DNA of 61,511 bases, filler included, from Pseudomonadota bacterium (GTDB lineage: Bacteria; Desulfobacterota; Desulfobacteria; Desulfobacterales; JBDRRP01): NCBI GenBank assembly GCA_043825735.1. It is 4 parts of 4 records of this genome, joined end to end, with 100 filler letters (N's around TTAATTAATTAA, not from the genome) between each part and the next. Parts side by side here need not be neighbours in the genome. Positions count along the whole stretch, not along the records: positions 16,604 to 39,721 come from JBDRRP010000131.1; positions 39,822 to 57,899 come from JBDRRP010000133.1; 2 more parts are not named here. One strand, 5' to 3'. Shown piece by piece: positions 30,386-39,875 of the stretch (within the stretch, counting starts at the first letter, position 1; every line of letters starts with the position of its first letter). The notes under the pieces are model-generated. The model was not told the origin of the DNA and searched no databases. It saw only the letters and a list, made by a program, of their open reading frames with translations. The position numbers and the translations under genes are program-made.

Positions 30386-30955
30386 TCATCCGCCGGCCTT
30401 TTTCGCGTAACCGCTGCCGATGGCCGCAAAGGGAAGCGACAACTCCAGTTCGGGCACCTGCTGACCGATCCAGGCGGTAAACGTATTGCTGTTGGGCCCG
30501 GGGAAGGCCTTGTAGATCGACTTCCAGGGGTAGGACCGGGCTGCCTTGTCCACCGCATCAATCAGGTTATCGACGCCTGGCCCGCGGTGTTCCTTGAGGA
30601 TCCGGGGTTTAGCGCCGAACCAATGACGGTCGGGGATATCGGGGGCAATGCGCACCACCGGTTGGCCGCGGTAACCGCGCCAGCCGACCACGTCATATAC
30701 CGTGTAGGCGGTTTCCCCGGTTCTTTTGACTGATATCCAGGTGTGGATGGCAAACAAGCCACGCCAGCTCCAGGCCCTTGCACCGTAAATCTGAAGCACC
30801 GCTTCGCTGGTAACGCCAGGGTCGGGGGCAATCCCGGCCGATTCGCGACTGGCCGTGCGCCAATCATTGTTTGAAGAGCAGCTGGCCAGTACCAGCCCCA
30901 TAATGGCCAGCGCCGCCAGCCGTTTGAACGTGTGGATGAATGTGGGCATGCGCAT
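30386..30955 (-). CDS. DUF3750-like lipoprotein
   Basis: Lipobox LASC; WRTASRESAG, WRGLFAIHTW, PGPNSNTF motifs; start reassigned to 30955. Confidence 0.8.
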   Translation of the reverse strand: MRMPTFIHTFKRLAALAIMGLVLASCSSNNDWRTASRESAGIAPDPGVTSEAVLQIYGARAWSWRGLFAIHTWISVKRTGETAYTVYDVVGWRGYRGQPVVRIAPDIPDRHWFGAKPRILKEHRGPGVDNLIDAVDKAARSYPWKSIYKAFPGPNSNTFTAWIGQQVPELELSLPFAAIGSGYAKKAGG

Positions 30956-31150
30956 GTCTCCGTCATTATCGGTATCGAATGCCAACAACCATAATAACGA
31001 TTGCACCGGATGGAAAGCCGGGGCCGGAAGAACTTTCGAGGTTGTCGGAGACGCAACCTTGGTGTGGCGTCGCACCAAACGAACTCCCCGAATATCCGCT
31101 GAAATTTGCTGCAGCAATTGACCACATGCACGTCAGGAACAACTGTTGGA

Positions 31151-31183
31151 TTGACAAATGTCGGCCCTGCTGTACAATTGTCT
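31151..31183 (+). promoter_or_regulatory. Promoter and putative operator of PIN/Phd module
   Basis: TTGACA-16 bp-TACAAT overlapping palindrome ACAATTGT. Confidence 0.55.
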
Positions 31184-31206
31184 AAACCCTGATGTTGGGA
31201 GTGACT

Positions 31207-31599
31207 ATGGATATCGTGGTTGATACTTCTGCACTGATTGCAGTTATCGTCGGTGAACCGGAGCGAGATCGTATTATCGCCCTAACAGCAGGCAATACGA
31301 TTATCGGCCCCGGCGCTATTCCCTGGGAGATTGGCAATGCGTTCTCCGCGATGTTCAAACGGCAGCGCCTTACGCTTGAAGAAGCGCAAAAAGGTTTTGC
31401 GATATTCAACACTATCCCGATTCGCTACGTCAATCCGGATTTAATAAACGCCGTCACGATATCAAAACAGACCAACCTATACGCTTACGATGCATATTTT
31501 TTAGATTGCGCGGTGCGAATGAAGGCGCCACTGATAACGCTGGATCGCAAACTGCTGGCAGCAGCAAACCAGCTATCAATTGAAACGATGGAGGTCTGA
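31207..31599 (+). CDS. VapC/PIN family toxin
   Basis: VVDTSALIA, WEIGNA, YAYDAY, LITLD. Confidence 0.9.
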   Translation: MDIVVDTSALIAVIVGEPERDRIIALTAGNTIIGPGAIPWEIGNAFSAMFKRQRLTLEEAQKGFAIFNTIPIRYVNPDLINAVTISKQTNLYAYDAYFLDCAVRMKAPLITLDRKLLAAANQLSIETMEV

Positions 31600-31600
31600 G

Positions 31601-31834
31601 ATGGAAGTATACACCTATTCCGAGGCGCGCCAGAAATTTGCGATGGTACTGGATCAGGCTGAAAAATCCGGTAAGGTGCTGATCAAAAGAAAAGACGGTC
31701 GCACATTTGCTCTGGTACCCGAAGCGATCGCCGCTTCACCCTTGGACGTCCCCTCAATTAGAGCGAAGATTACAACCCAGGAGATTGTAAACTTGATAAG
31801 GGATGGAAGAGAACGGGGTGTTCGCGGCGCCTAA
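31601..31834 (+). CDS. Phd/YefM family antitoxin
   Basis: YTYSEARQKFA...VLIKRKDG; downstream of toxin. Confidence 0.85.
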   Translation: MEVYTYSEARQKFAMVLDQAEKSGKVLIKRKDGRTFALVPEAIAASPLDVPSIRAKITTQEIVNLIRDGRERGVRGA

Positions 31835-31974
31835 CGACCCTTGGGTGTTATGGGGTCGCCCCGGCTATCCGTTTGTGGCCGGGCTATATGGGCTGAAAGT
31901 GGTGGCGGTGCCATTTACTGGAAAATCACATCAGCGCCGTCACGGAAAAAACCATATGAGTTCGAGTATTTGAC

Positions 31975-33903
31975 ATGACACCCCTGGCAGGTTCCGTGTT
32001 GGACAGCCCCGGCCTGACCGTGTCCCTGGCCATGGCCGTGGGGATGATCGCCCAGGCCCTGGCCCACCACGTCAGGGTGCCGGGCATCGTGCTGCTGCTG
32101 GCCGCCGGGCTGGCCCTCGGCCCCGACGGCGTTGGCGTCATCCGGCCGGCAGCGCTCGGTCCGGCCCTGAACATCCTCACCGGATTCGCCGTGGCGGTCA
32201 TCCTTTTCGAGGGCGGCATCAACCTCAAGTTCCGCCGTCTGCGCCGCGCCCAGCAGTCCATCCGCCGGCTGATCCTGCTGGGCGGGCTGGTGACCGTGAC
32301 CGGTGCTGCCGCCGCCGCGCACTACGTCATGGGCTGGCCCTGGATGAGCGCGGTCCTTTTCGGCACCCTGGTCATGGTGACCGGGCCAACCGTGATCAAC
32401 CCCATGCTCAAGCGCCTCAAGGTCAAGCAATCGGTGGCCACCGTGCTGGAGGCCGAAGGGGTCCTCATCGATGCCCTGGGCGCGGTGGTGGCCACGGTGG
32501 CCCTTGAGGCCGCCCTGAGCCCGGCCCACGGCTCACCGCTGGTGTGGACCTGGCACATCGTCTCCCGGCTGGGCTTCGGCGCACTGGCCGGCGGCCTCAC
32601 CGGGGCGTTGCTGCTCGGGCTTTTCCGGGTCCGGCGCCTGATCCCCGAAGGCATCGAAAGCGTGTTCACCCTGGCCATGGTGCTGGCCCTGTTCCAGGGC
32701 AGCAACTTGGTCCTGGCCGAAAGCGGCATCGCCGCCGTCACGATGGCCGGCATCGTGGTGGGCAATTTCAGCACCTATGCGCTCAGGGATCTCGTAGAGT
32801 TCAAGGAAGCGCTCACGGTGCTGCTCATCGGGATGCTCTTTGTGCTGCTGGCCGCCGATGTTCGCCTGGAGCAGGTGGCCGGGCTCGGCTGGCCGGCGGT
32901 GGGGGTGGTGGTGGTGCTGATGTTCATCGTCCGGCCGGCGGCCGTGGCGGCCGGCACAGCGTTTTCCGAGCTGACGTGGAAAGAGCGGACGTTCATCGCC
33001 TGGATCGGCCCGCGGGGAATCGTTGCCGCGGCAGTGGCCTCCTTCTTTGCCGCCGCCCTGAACGACAAGGGGCTCCCCGGAGGCTACGAACTGCGCGCCC
33101 TTGTGTTTCTGGTGATCGCCGTGACGGTGGTGTTCGCCGGAATGACCGGCGGCCTAGTGGCCGGGGCCCTGAACCTGAAGCGGCCCAGCCAGTCCGGGTG
33201 GGTCATCCTCGGCGCCAACGCACTGGCCAGAGCGCTGGCCAAGCTGTTCAAGGAAGACGGGCAGGCGGTCGTTCTGATCGACTCTAACGCCGATCACTGC
33301 AAGGCCGCGGAAAACGACTGTACCCGGGTGATCTACGGCAACGGGCTTCAGGCGAGAAATCTGCTGCGGGCGGAGATCGACACCCGGCGCGGCGCCCTGG
33401 CGCTGACCGCCAACGACGAGGTGAATTTCCTGTTCATTCAAAAGGTGAAGGAAGAGCGCAAGGGGGTTCCCCTGTGGGCGGCCCTGAAAAGCGACTCGGT
33501 GTCCATGACGACCCGGATGCTCCACGGGTCAGGGGCGGCGCTGGCCTTTGGCAAAACCCTCGATGTCGCCCTCTGGGACCGCCGTTTCAACGGCAAACAG
33601 GTGCAATTCCAGCGGTGGCAGTGCGTTAGCGACCCGTCCGAACCAGCAAAGGCGCCCCTGCCGGCAGGCAGCGGCGCCCTGGCCGCTGCCCTTCAGCGCA
33701 GCAATGCGTTGTCGCCGGTGGATGACGCCACCCGCTTTAAAAAAGACGATGTGCTCCATTGCTTCGTTTTCGATCCGGAGGCGGCGGCCGTTGAAAAGCG
33801 TCTCTCCCAGCAGGGATGGCAATGCGTGGCGCGGCTCGACGGTGAACAGTTCTCTACATCGGTCTGCAGTCTGCAGCGCCCGCTGCAGCAGTCAACCGAA
33901 TAG
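31975..33903 (+). CDS. Cation:proton antiporter (CPA1) with TrkA-N/RCK domain
   Basis: Many TM helices, ILFEGG, VTGPTVI, EGVLIDALG, GPRGIVAAA, then ILGANALA Rossmann-like segment. Confidence 0.9.
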   Translation: MTPLAGSVLDSPGLTVSLAMAVGMIAQALAHHVRVPGIVLLLAAGLALGPDGVGVIRPAALGPALNILTGFAVAVILFEGGINLKFRRLRRAQQSIRRLILLGGLVTVTGAAAAAHYVMGWPWMSAVLFGTLVMVTGPTVINPMLKRLKVKQSVATVLEAEGVLIDALGAVVATVALEAALSPAHGSPLVWTWHIVSRLGFGALAGGLTGALLLGLFRVRRLIPEGIESVFTLAMVLALFQGSNLVLAESGIAAVTMAGIVVGNFSTYALRDLVEFKEALTVLLIGMLFVLLAADVRLEQVAGLGWPAVGVVVVLMFIVRPAAVAAGTAFSELTWKERTFIAWIGPRGIVAAAVASFFAAALNDKGLPGGYELRALVFLVIAVTVVFAGMTGGLVAGALNLKRPSQSGWVILGANALARALAKLFKEDGQAVVLIDSNADHCKAAENDCTRVIYGNGLQARNLLRAEIDTRRGALALTANDEVNFLFIQKVKEERKGVPLWAALKSDSVSMTTRMLHGSGAALAFGKTLDVALWDRRFNGKQVQFQRWQCVSDPSEPAKAPLPAGSGALAAALQRSNALSPVDDATRFKKDDVLHCFVFDPEAAAVEKRLSQQGWQCVARLDGEQFSTSVCSLQRPLQQSTE

Positions 33904-33947
33904 TTGGGGCGCCCTTAAAATTTGATTCCTGAGGAGTGGGGGGCACA

Positions 33948-34081
33948 CCTATAATTTCAACTTCCTGAGATGACAGCCGTATACATGTGCCCCACCGCCT
34001 ATCAGCCTTGAGTAATCCTGACAATCTGCTAAACAACTTGCATGCTCGAACGGCAACAGCGTGTTCACCGCAGAGCCGCAG
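33948..34081 (+). repeat. Direct repeat C, copy 1
   Basis: 134 bp; 2 mismatches counted versus 35635-35768. Confidence 0.95.
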
Positions 34082-34083
34082 AG

Positions 34084-34171
34084 CCGCCTTCGCAAAGACC
34101 AACGCTTCCGCCTTCGCAAAACCAACGCTTCCGCCTTCGCAAAACCAACGCTTCCGCCTTCGCAAAACCAA
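34084..34171 (+). repeat. 23-bp tandem repeat x3.8 inside REP-like element
   Basis: CCGCCTTCGCAAAACCAACGCTT units followed by GCTTCGGCGGACAAG. Confidence 0.9.
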
Positions 34172-34351
34172 AAAGCTTCGGCGGACAAGTCGGCGGACAA
34201 GATGCCGGACAAGGCGCGCAGAGAACAGCGCGAGTGTATATCCATGAGTAGCGGAAATCCATTCCGTGGACCGGAGATGATTTGGCTTAAAATCGCTGAA
34301 TGTTTACCGAATGAATTTAAAGCACGGAAATGTGTGGCGGCGGCCAATGCA

Positions 34352-34621
34352 TCAGGGGAGTTTCCGGTAGACATCCCTTCGATGACCGACCCGGATTACT
34401 TCGATCGTCAGGATGCGATTCAGGACATTGTAGATTATGCGGTAATTGCCGACTCGGATACGGTAGGTATGCTCAGCCCCCGATAGTTTGACGGAGGCAG
34501 CGGGCACGGGGTCGTTCATAAGCGTCTCAGCCGCCGACATAATTCTTTCAATGGCGGATTTCGGCAGTTTTTTCAGTTCTTTGGCCGCTGACCGCTTCCA
34601 GCGGATTTCAAATGAGGCCAT
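34352..34621 (-). CDS. RelE/StbE family toxin
   Basis: SAAKELKKL, YRIRVGNYRIIY, VGHRRDVY. Confidence 0.92.
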   Translation of the reverse strand: MASFEIRWKRSAAKELKKLPKSAIERIMSAAETLMNDPVPAASVKLSGAEHTYRIRVGNYRIIYNVLNRILTIEVIRVGHRRDVYRKLP

Positions 34622-34808
34622 CCCGTTTCAACTCCGTGAGCAACGTCTCATGGGAAATCGTCGGCTCTTCCCGACGCTCGGCGACGACAGCCAAGTCCTC
34701 AATGTCTTCCAACAATTCCTGAAACTTGGATATCGGAAGGACTACAGAGATTCTCTCACCGGCCTCATTGGTTATGAACTGCGGGTTCAGATCTTTCATG
34801 CCAACCAT
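34608..34808 (-). CDS. Cognate antitoxin
   Basis: QFITNEAGERISVVLP...LLEDIEDL; overlaps toxin start; alternative start 34799. Confidence 0.8.
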   Translation of the reverse strand: MVGMKDLNPQFITNEAGERISVVLPISKFQELLEDIEDLAVVAERREEPTISHETLLTELKRDGLI

Positions 34809-35013
34809 TTCTCTCTCCGTTCTTTTCGCATAGTATGCAACACAGTAATACACATCGGTATGGAATTCAATTACGGCTCGGGTCCGGATTGGGTCCGGGG
34901 GTTGGGTCTGTAAGAAAGTTGGGGACGCCCCTAGTTTGTAAACTTCATGGGTTCCCGCTTGCACGGTAACCGTTCATGCGTTATGATCTGGATAGACTTT
35001 GCAGGGAGGTTCG

Positions 35014-35307
35014 ATGATCATCTCATTTGGTAGCCGGGCGACAGAGGATCTTTACCATAATCGGCCAACCAGCAGAATGAGGCGTTCTCCGGCCGGCATC
35101 ATTGACATGGCTTTGGTCAAGATGGACATCATCAACGCCGCTTCGGAACTGCTCGACCTTCACTCGCCACCAGGCAATCGCCTCGAAGCCCTCAAGGGCA
35201 ATTGGAAAGGTTACCATCCTATCCGGGTCAATGACCAATGGCGACTTGTTTTCCGGTGGGAAGGAAACAATGCGCACGAGGTTCAACTGATCGATTACCA
35301 CAAGTAA
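35014..35307 (+). CDS. higB: HigB family toxin
   Basis: PPGNRLEALKG, IRVNDQWRLVFRW, IDYH. Confidence 0.88.
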   Translation: MIISFGSRATEDLYHNRPTSRMRRSPAGIIDMALVKMDIINAASELLDLHSPPGNRLEALKGNWKGYHPIRVNDQWRLVFRWEGNNAHEVQLIDYHK

Positions 35308-35318
35308 AGAGGATTGAC

Positions 35319-35607
35319 ATGATCCCTGAAAATCGTGTTCCAACACACCCAGGTGTGGTTTTGAGCCAGGAATTTCTCGTGCCCCTGGGCATCTTCCCAG
35401 GTGGATTTTGCCCGTCACCTTGGAGTGCCCGTCCAGCGCATCAATCAACTCATTCGCGGCAAGCGGGGTGTAACCCCCGAAACCGCCTGGCTGCTCTCGC
35501 AGGCCCTGAATACAACGCCAGAGTTCTGGATCAACCTCCAGACAGTTCACGACCTGGCGTTGAGCCGACCATCACGGCCTGTCGAGAAACTGGCTGCCGT
35601 TGCCTGA
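35319..35607 (+). pseudogene. higA: HigA antitoxin with +1 frameshift near 35394
   Basis: PTHPGVVLSQEFLVPLGI in one frame; QVDFARHLGVPVQRINQLIRGKRGVT...FWINLQ in the next; span 289 bp = 3n+1. Confidence 0.8.
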
Positions 35608-35634
35608 ATGAGGACAGAAGGCGTTGTGGACGCC

Positions 35635-35768
35635 CCTATAATTTCAACTTCCTGAGATGACAGCCGTATACATGTGCCTCACCGCCTATCAGCCTTGAGT
35701 AATCCTGACAATCTGCTAAACAACTTGCATGCTCGAACGGCAACAGCGTTTTCACCGCAGAGCCGCAG
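35635..35768 (+). repeat. Direct repeat C, copy 2
   Basis: Near-identical to 33948-34081. Confidence 0.95.
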
Positions 35769-35797
35769 GCATGTTATGGCACTCACATCGAGGCAAT

Positions 35798-37045
35798 ATG
35801 TCTGATTTTATTATCCAGCATCCATGCCCCCAGTGCGGCGCGCCAATCACGCTGGCCGAAACCGATCGGCTGGTGAGCTGCGGCTTTTGCCGGGTGCGAT
35901 CCTATATGCCCCAGTTGTTCATCCGCTACCTTTTGCCCCACGATGCGCCCCCGGACAAAAAGCTGATATACCTGCCCTACTGGCGATACAAGGGGATGGT
36001 CTATTATGTCACGGGAAACGGCATACAGCACCACCTCCTCGATGCCACCCGGCTGGCCGTGAATCTCTCCTGCGTGCCACCCACTATGGGCCTTCGCAGC
36101 CAGGCCATGACGCTCAACATCGTCACCCCGGACACGCCGGGTCGCTTTGTCCAGCCGGACAAACCGTTCTCACAGGTCACCGGCCTGTTCGCGGATCTGT
36201 CCGTGCCACAGAAAGGTGGCTCGGTATTTCACCAGGCCGATATCGGGGAAACGGTGAGCCTCATCTACGCCCCGTTTTACGAAGACGGAGGGTTGTTCGA
36301 CGCGGTACTCAACAAACAGCTGGGCGATACGGATGCGGCGTGGCAGGTTGCCGCCTTGCCAGGCGGCGCCCCTACATGGACGATCAAATTCGTCCCAACG
36401 CTGTGCCCTGACTGCGGATGGGATATGGAGTGCGCGTCCAACTCCCTGAGCCTGCTCTGCCGCAACTGCAACAGCGTGTGGCGGCCTGGCCGAAACGGAC
36501 TGAAGCGAACCCGATTGACCTTCATCGTAGCGAAGGAAGTCAAAGACATCGTTTATCTGCCGTTCTGGCGGATCAAAACCGATGTCAGCGGCATTACCCT
36601 GAACAGTTTCGCGGACCTGGTGCGCATCGCCAACCTGTCGCGGGCGGTCCAGCCCGGCTGGGAGCGTCAGGAATTTTACTTCTGGTCCCCGGCGTTCAAA
36701 GTGCGGCCCGAAACCTTTGTTCAACTATCCCGCCAGATGAACATTGGCCAGCCGGCGGTGGCCGCCGGAGATGAAACGGTCAGCCAGGCGCCGGCACTCC
36801 CCGAAGGTCGCATCCTCCCGGTAACCCTGCCAGTGAGTGACGCGGTGGAGAGCCTCAAGATCAGCCTGGCCAGTTTCATCAAGCCCGCCAAGTACATGCT
36901 CCCGCGGCTGCCCGATATCACCATCACCCCGCAAAGCTCCCTGCTGGTCTATCTGCCTTTTCACGAAGGCTCGCTCGAGTACACCAACGACGCGTTCGGG
37001 GTCGCCATCAACAAACGTCTCGTGTCCCTGGCGGGCAACCTGTAA
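35798..37045 (+). CDS. Double zinc-ribbon hypothetical protein
   Basis: CPQCGA...CGFC and CPDCG...CRNC, each followed by YLP(Y/F)WR; internal duplication; start reassigned to 35798. Confidence 0.75.
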   Translation: MSDFIIQHPCPQCGAPITLAETDRLVSCGFCRVRSYMPQLFIRYLLPHDAPPDKKLIYLPYWRYKGMVYYVTGNGIQHHLLDATRLAVNLSCVPPTMGLRSQAMTLNIVTPDTPGRFVQPDKPFSQVTGLFADLSVPQKGGSVFHQADIGETVSLIYAPFYEDGGLFDAVLNKQLGDTDAAWQVAALPGGAPTWTIKFVPTLCPDCGWDMECASNSLSLLCRNCNSVWRPGRNGLKRTRLTFIVAKEVKDIVYLPFWRIKTDVSGITLNSFADLVRIANLSRAVQPGWERQEFYFWSPAFKVRPETFVQLSRQMNIGQPAVAAGDETVSQAPALPEGRILPVTLPVSDAVESLKISLASFIKPAKYMLPRLPDITITPQSSLLVYLPFHEGSLEYTNDAFGVAINKRLVSLAGNL

Positions 37046-37169
37046 CCCGTCAGTCTGAAATCCAAGGGGGGATCTGTTTCTTATGCTCGCTGAAGGCGGG
37101 AGTAAAGACGGCAGGCACCCCGCCGGTGCTGCAAAATCCGATTTGGAAAGCCATTAGGGAGAACAACTG

Positions 37170-37730
37170 TTGAGATCATACCCCATTCGATTCCCCTACC
37201 CCAGTTTTCTGTCGCCAATCTGGACTGAAGGCGATGATCTTTACATCAAAACACAATTTCTTGATCATGCGATCAGTTTGTTCTCGTATTGCACAATCAT
37301 TTGCTTCAGCAAAAAACCAAAACATGTAAAGATTCAGACGAAAAAGTGGTGGGCATGGGGAAAACCGGATATCATCCCATTTGGCAACGTGGAATACATC
37401 GATTTTGTTTATCCGAAAGTGGCCGAGCATGAGAAAGATCGGCCCAGTGAAACTTATGAGATGTTTCTAATTGCCAATCGTCCTTTTCGCCGGGTGGATA
37501 TTTTCCACTTTGATCGCCTGGATAGTGGCAACAAAGAATTGGCGTTCCGCTGCGCAGCGCTTATTACGCAAGTCACGGGTATCAGATTTGGCCCGGGCGA
37601 GCTCAACAACATGCCGTTAGCGGATTTTCAAGATAAGTACATTTGCGTGGCCTGCGGCCATCGGTTATCCTCGAAAGCCGAATCTGTTTTATGCCCGTAC
37701 TGCGGGGGAAAAGAGATCCGGATAGAATAG
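37170..37730 (+). CDS. Hypothetical protein with C-terminal zinc ribbon
   Basis: CVACG...CPYCG; TTG start after AGGGAG. Confidence 0.6.
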   Translation: MRSYPIRFPYPSFLSPIWTEGDDLYIKTQFLDHAISLFSYCTIICFSKKPKHVKIQTKKWWAWGKPDIIPFGNVEYIDFVYPKVAEHEKDRPSETYEMFLIANRPFRRVDIFHFDRLDSGNKELAFRCAALITQVTGIRFGPGELNNMPLADFQDKYICVACGHRLSSKAESVLCPYCGGKEIRIE

Positions 37731-37822
37731 GCGAATTCAAGTTGCAGGTGCATCACGAGCAGCCCATGATTAGGGAGGTGTCTCTATCTTAAGCGTTCGT
37801 TGCAATCCCTTTAATGATTATC

Positions 37823-37921
37823 ACACCAAGCTATCCGGCGGTCATTCCGACAGAAATCTCGAAAATGCCTCCTTCAGATTGCCTTAAAACGCACTTTTCA
37901 GGTGTAAAATAGTCGGTTTGA
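37823..37921 (+). repeat. Repeat family B copy
   Basis: CCAAGCTATCCG...CTCGAAAA...ATTGCCTTAAAACGCACTTTTC. Confidence 0.75.
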
Positions 37922-38187
37922 CAAGACCAACCGGCACTGCACCACCCTTCTGCAACGCCCCCTCCGAATATCCACCGGAATTTGACACAGGGGTTCTTTG
38001 CGGATTATAGATCGCCACTAACGCAAAAGCGATCAGGCAGGAGCCAAGTCTTAATTGCCCGCCAGCTATGACAGATAATACCTATCAATATAACTGTTAT
38101 CTCCTATTATTGATTTTACGCGGTTCGGTCTGATTATATTCGCAAGGACGCATAAAATATGGAACCTTGCATATAAGGAGGATCGAC

Positions 38188-38400
38188 ATGAACAGAATCG
38201 AATGTGAAACCGAAAAATTTTCGAGCCGCACCGTCGGGCTCGTAGTGCTCCCCTTTGCTCTGGCGCTTGGATTTCTCGGTGCCCTGGTATTACCCTTGGT
38301 GGGACTGTTTTTTTCCATGCCGCTTTTCCTGTTTTCATTCGCCATGATGGCTGCGCCGGAAAGCAGGGCCTGCAAGATTTTGCTGAAGCGTAATTCTTGA
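38188..38400 (+). CDS. Small membrane protein
   Basis: AAGGAGG RBS; long hydrophobic hairpin. Confidence 0.7.
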   Translation: MNRIECETEKFSSRTVGLVVLPFALALGFLGALVLPLVGLFFSMPLFLFSFAMMAAPESRACKILLKRNS

Positions 38401-38512
38401 GGGGGATTGGAGTCGGACCAAGCGTTCCGCCTGGCATTGCCTTAGAAACCCTGCGCTTCGCTTGGGTTCCAGGCGAAAACAATAGTTGCTGGCGCAACGA
38501 ATTTAGATCGCG

Positions 38513-38761
38513 GCCTACGGCTACAGCATTGACGCCTGACATATATTCTCCTTTGTCCGGGGCATACCCTGATTGACGGACGCTGGCAATTTCTTGCATG
38601 AAAGCGGGCTCATCGACGATCGATGCCTGGGTAAATTTCGGCAATCCATGCTGTCTCACGATTCGACTGACCTCTGCATCCGCCATCTGCGACAGATACA
38701 CTTTTCCCAGAGCGCCCGCCATCAGGATAACCGAGGATCCTGGAGGAGATGATATTTTAAA
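38513..38761 (-). pseudogene. IclR-family effector-binding domain fragment
   Basis: AGALGKVYL...LPKFT..SI...VRQSGYAPDKGEYMSGVNAVAV; no HTH, degenerates after VAVG. Confidence 0.7.
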
Positions 38762-39089
38762 GGTAATATTTTAAAAATGAAGATTTGCGGTGGCATTTAT
38801 TAAGCTTCTTGGGTGTGCGTGCATCTTCTCTTCTTTGAATAACGGCACCTTTGGAAGCAGTATTCGGCAGGGTCAGAAATGGCTCTGCTTTTTTATTGTG
38901 AGGAGCCTGAGGGTCACATCTTAAATATTAAATATCAACATTGACAGCGCTCAGGAAACCTTGGATATTGTGCCCATTCATCGGTGCCGCCATGTTTTGT
39001 GGTGCCTGAAATAACCCGGCACACAATTGGAGCGGCGGGGTAAGCGGCAGGCTGACAGACAAGTTCTTTTCTCTATATAAGGTTCTCCA

Positions 39090-39566
39090 ATGGCAAAGAA
39101 AGCATACGTTAACGATGACAATCAAGCGACCTTCGTCTGCGATGTTTGTAATCACGCTAAAATCGTAGACGTTTCCCGGTATACGAATATCGGCAAGGCC
39201 CTTACGGTTAAATGCAAATGCAAGTGCGGGAACCAGTTTGAGGCGACGCTTGAAAAACGGGGTATCCTTCGTAAGGCCGTCAGCTTAGCAGGCACGTACA
39301 CCCATATATCCCAATTGGGAGATAAGATCGAAGGGCGAATGGCCGTTCGGAACCTGTCCCGCAAAGGCATGCAGCTGGAACTCAATTCCGATCATGATTT
39401 CCAGATAGGGGATATCCTGGATGTGGATTTCCGGCTGGATGACGTGCCCCGGTCGCCGGTGCAAAAAAAGGTCATTATCCGCAACATCCGCGGCCGTCTG
39501 CTCGGAACCGAGTTTTCCGAAGCAAAAGCGTTCGATAAAATGCTTGGCATATACCTGATGAAATAA
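39090..39566 (+). CDS. PilZ domain protein with N-terminal zinc ribbon
   Basis: RGILR and NLSRKG PilZ motifs; CDVC...CKC. Confidence 0.85.
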   Translation: MAKKAYVNDDNQATFVCDVCNHAKIVDVSRYTNIGKALTVKCKCKCGNQFEATLEKRGILRKAVSLAGTYTHISQLGDKIEGRMAVRNLSRKGMQLELNSDHDFQIGDILDVDFRLDDVPRSPVQKKVIIRNIRGRLLGTEFSEAKAFDKMLGIYLMK

Positions 39567-39581
39567 CCCCTATGCGAAGCA

Positions 39582-39721
39582 TGCGGTGGACCCCGAAATT
39601 CGGACAATGTGCTAAGCTAAGAGTCAGACCACTTCAACCAAGGAGGATCTGACAATGGGGAAGAGACGAAAAACGCACAGTGCCGAGTTCAAAGCCAAGG
39701 TAGCCTTGGCGGCAATCCAGA
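39582..39721 (+). mobile_element. IS3-family element left end, cut by contig end
   Basis: TG...GGACCCCGAAATTCGGACA terminus, AAGGAGG RBS, orfA start MGKRRKTHSAEFKAKVALAA at 39655. Confidence 0.85.
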
Positions 39722-39821
39722 NNNNNNNNNNNNNNNNNNNNNNNNNNNNNNNNNNNNNNNNNNNNTTAATTAATTAANNNNNNNNNNNNNNNNNNNNNNN
39801 NNNNNNNNNNNNNNNNNNNNN
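39722..39821. other. Artificial contig linker
   Basis: N44-TTAATTAATTAA-N44. Confidence 0.99.
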
Positions 39822-39875
39822 CGACAGCGGAAAGCTGCGAGGTTCAACGGATGAACTGCTCTTCCTGTCAGATTG

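Noticed and set aside
31828..31855. attC-like GCCTAAC...GTTATGG after the phd stop
   Set aside because: Only about 26 bp, far shorter than an attC site; no integron integrase and no similar sites after neighbouring genes.
38900..38960. c-di-GMP riboswitch-like stem upstream of the PilZ gene
   Set aside because: A CCTGAG/CTCAGG stem exists but the conserved GCAAA elements are missing; an Rfam scan would be needed.
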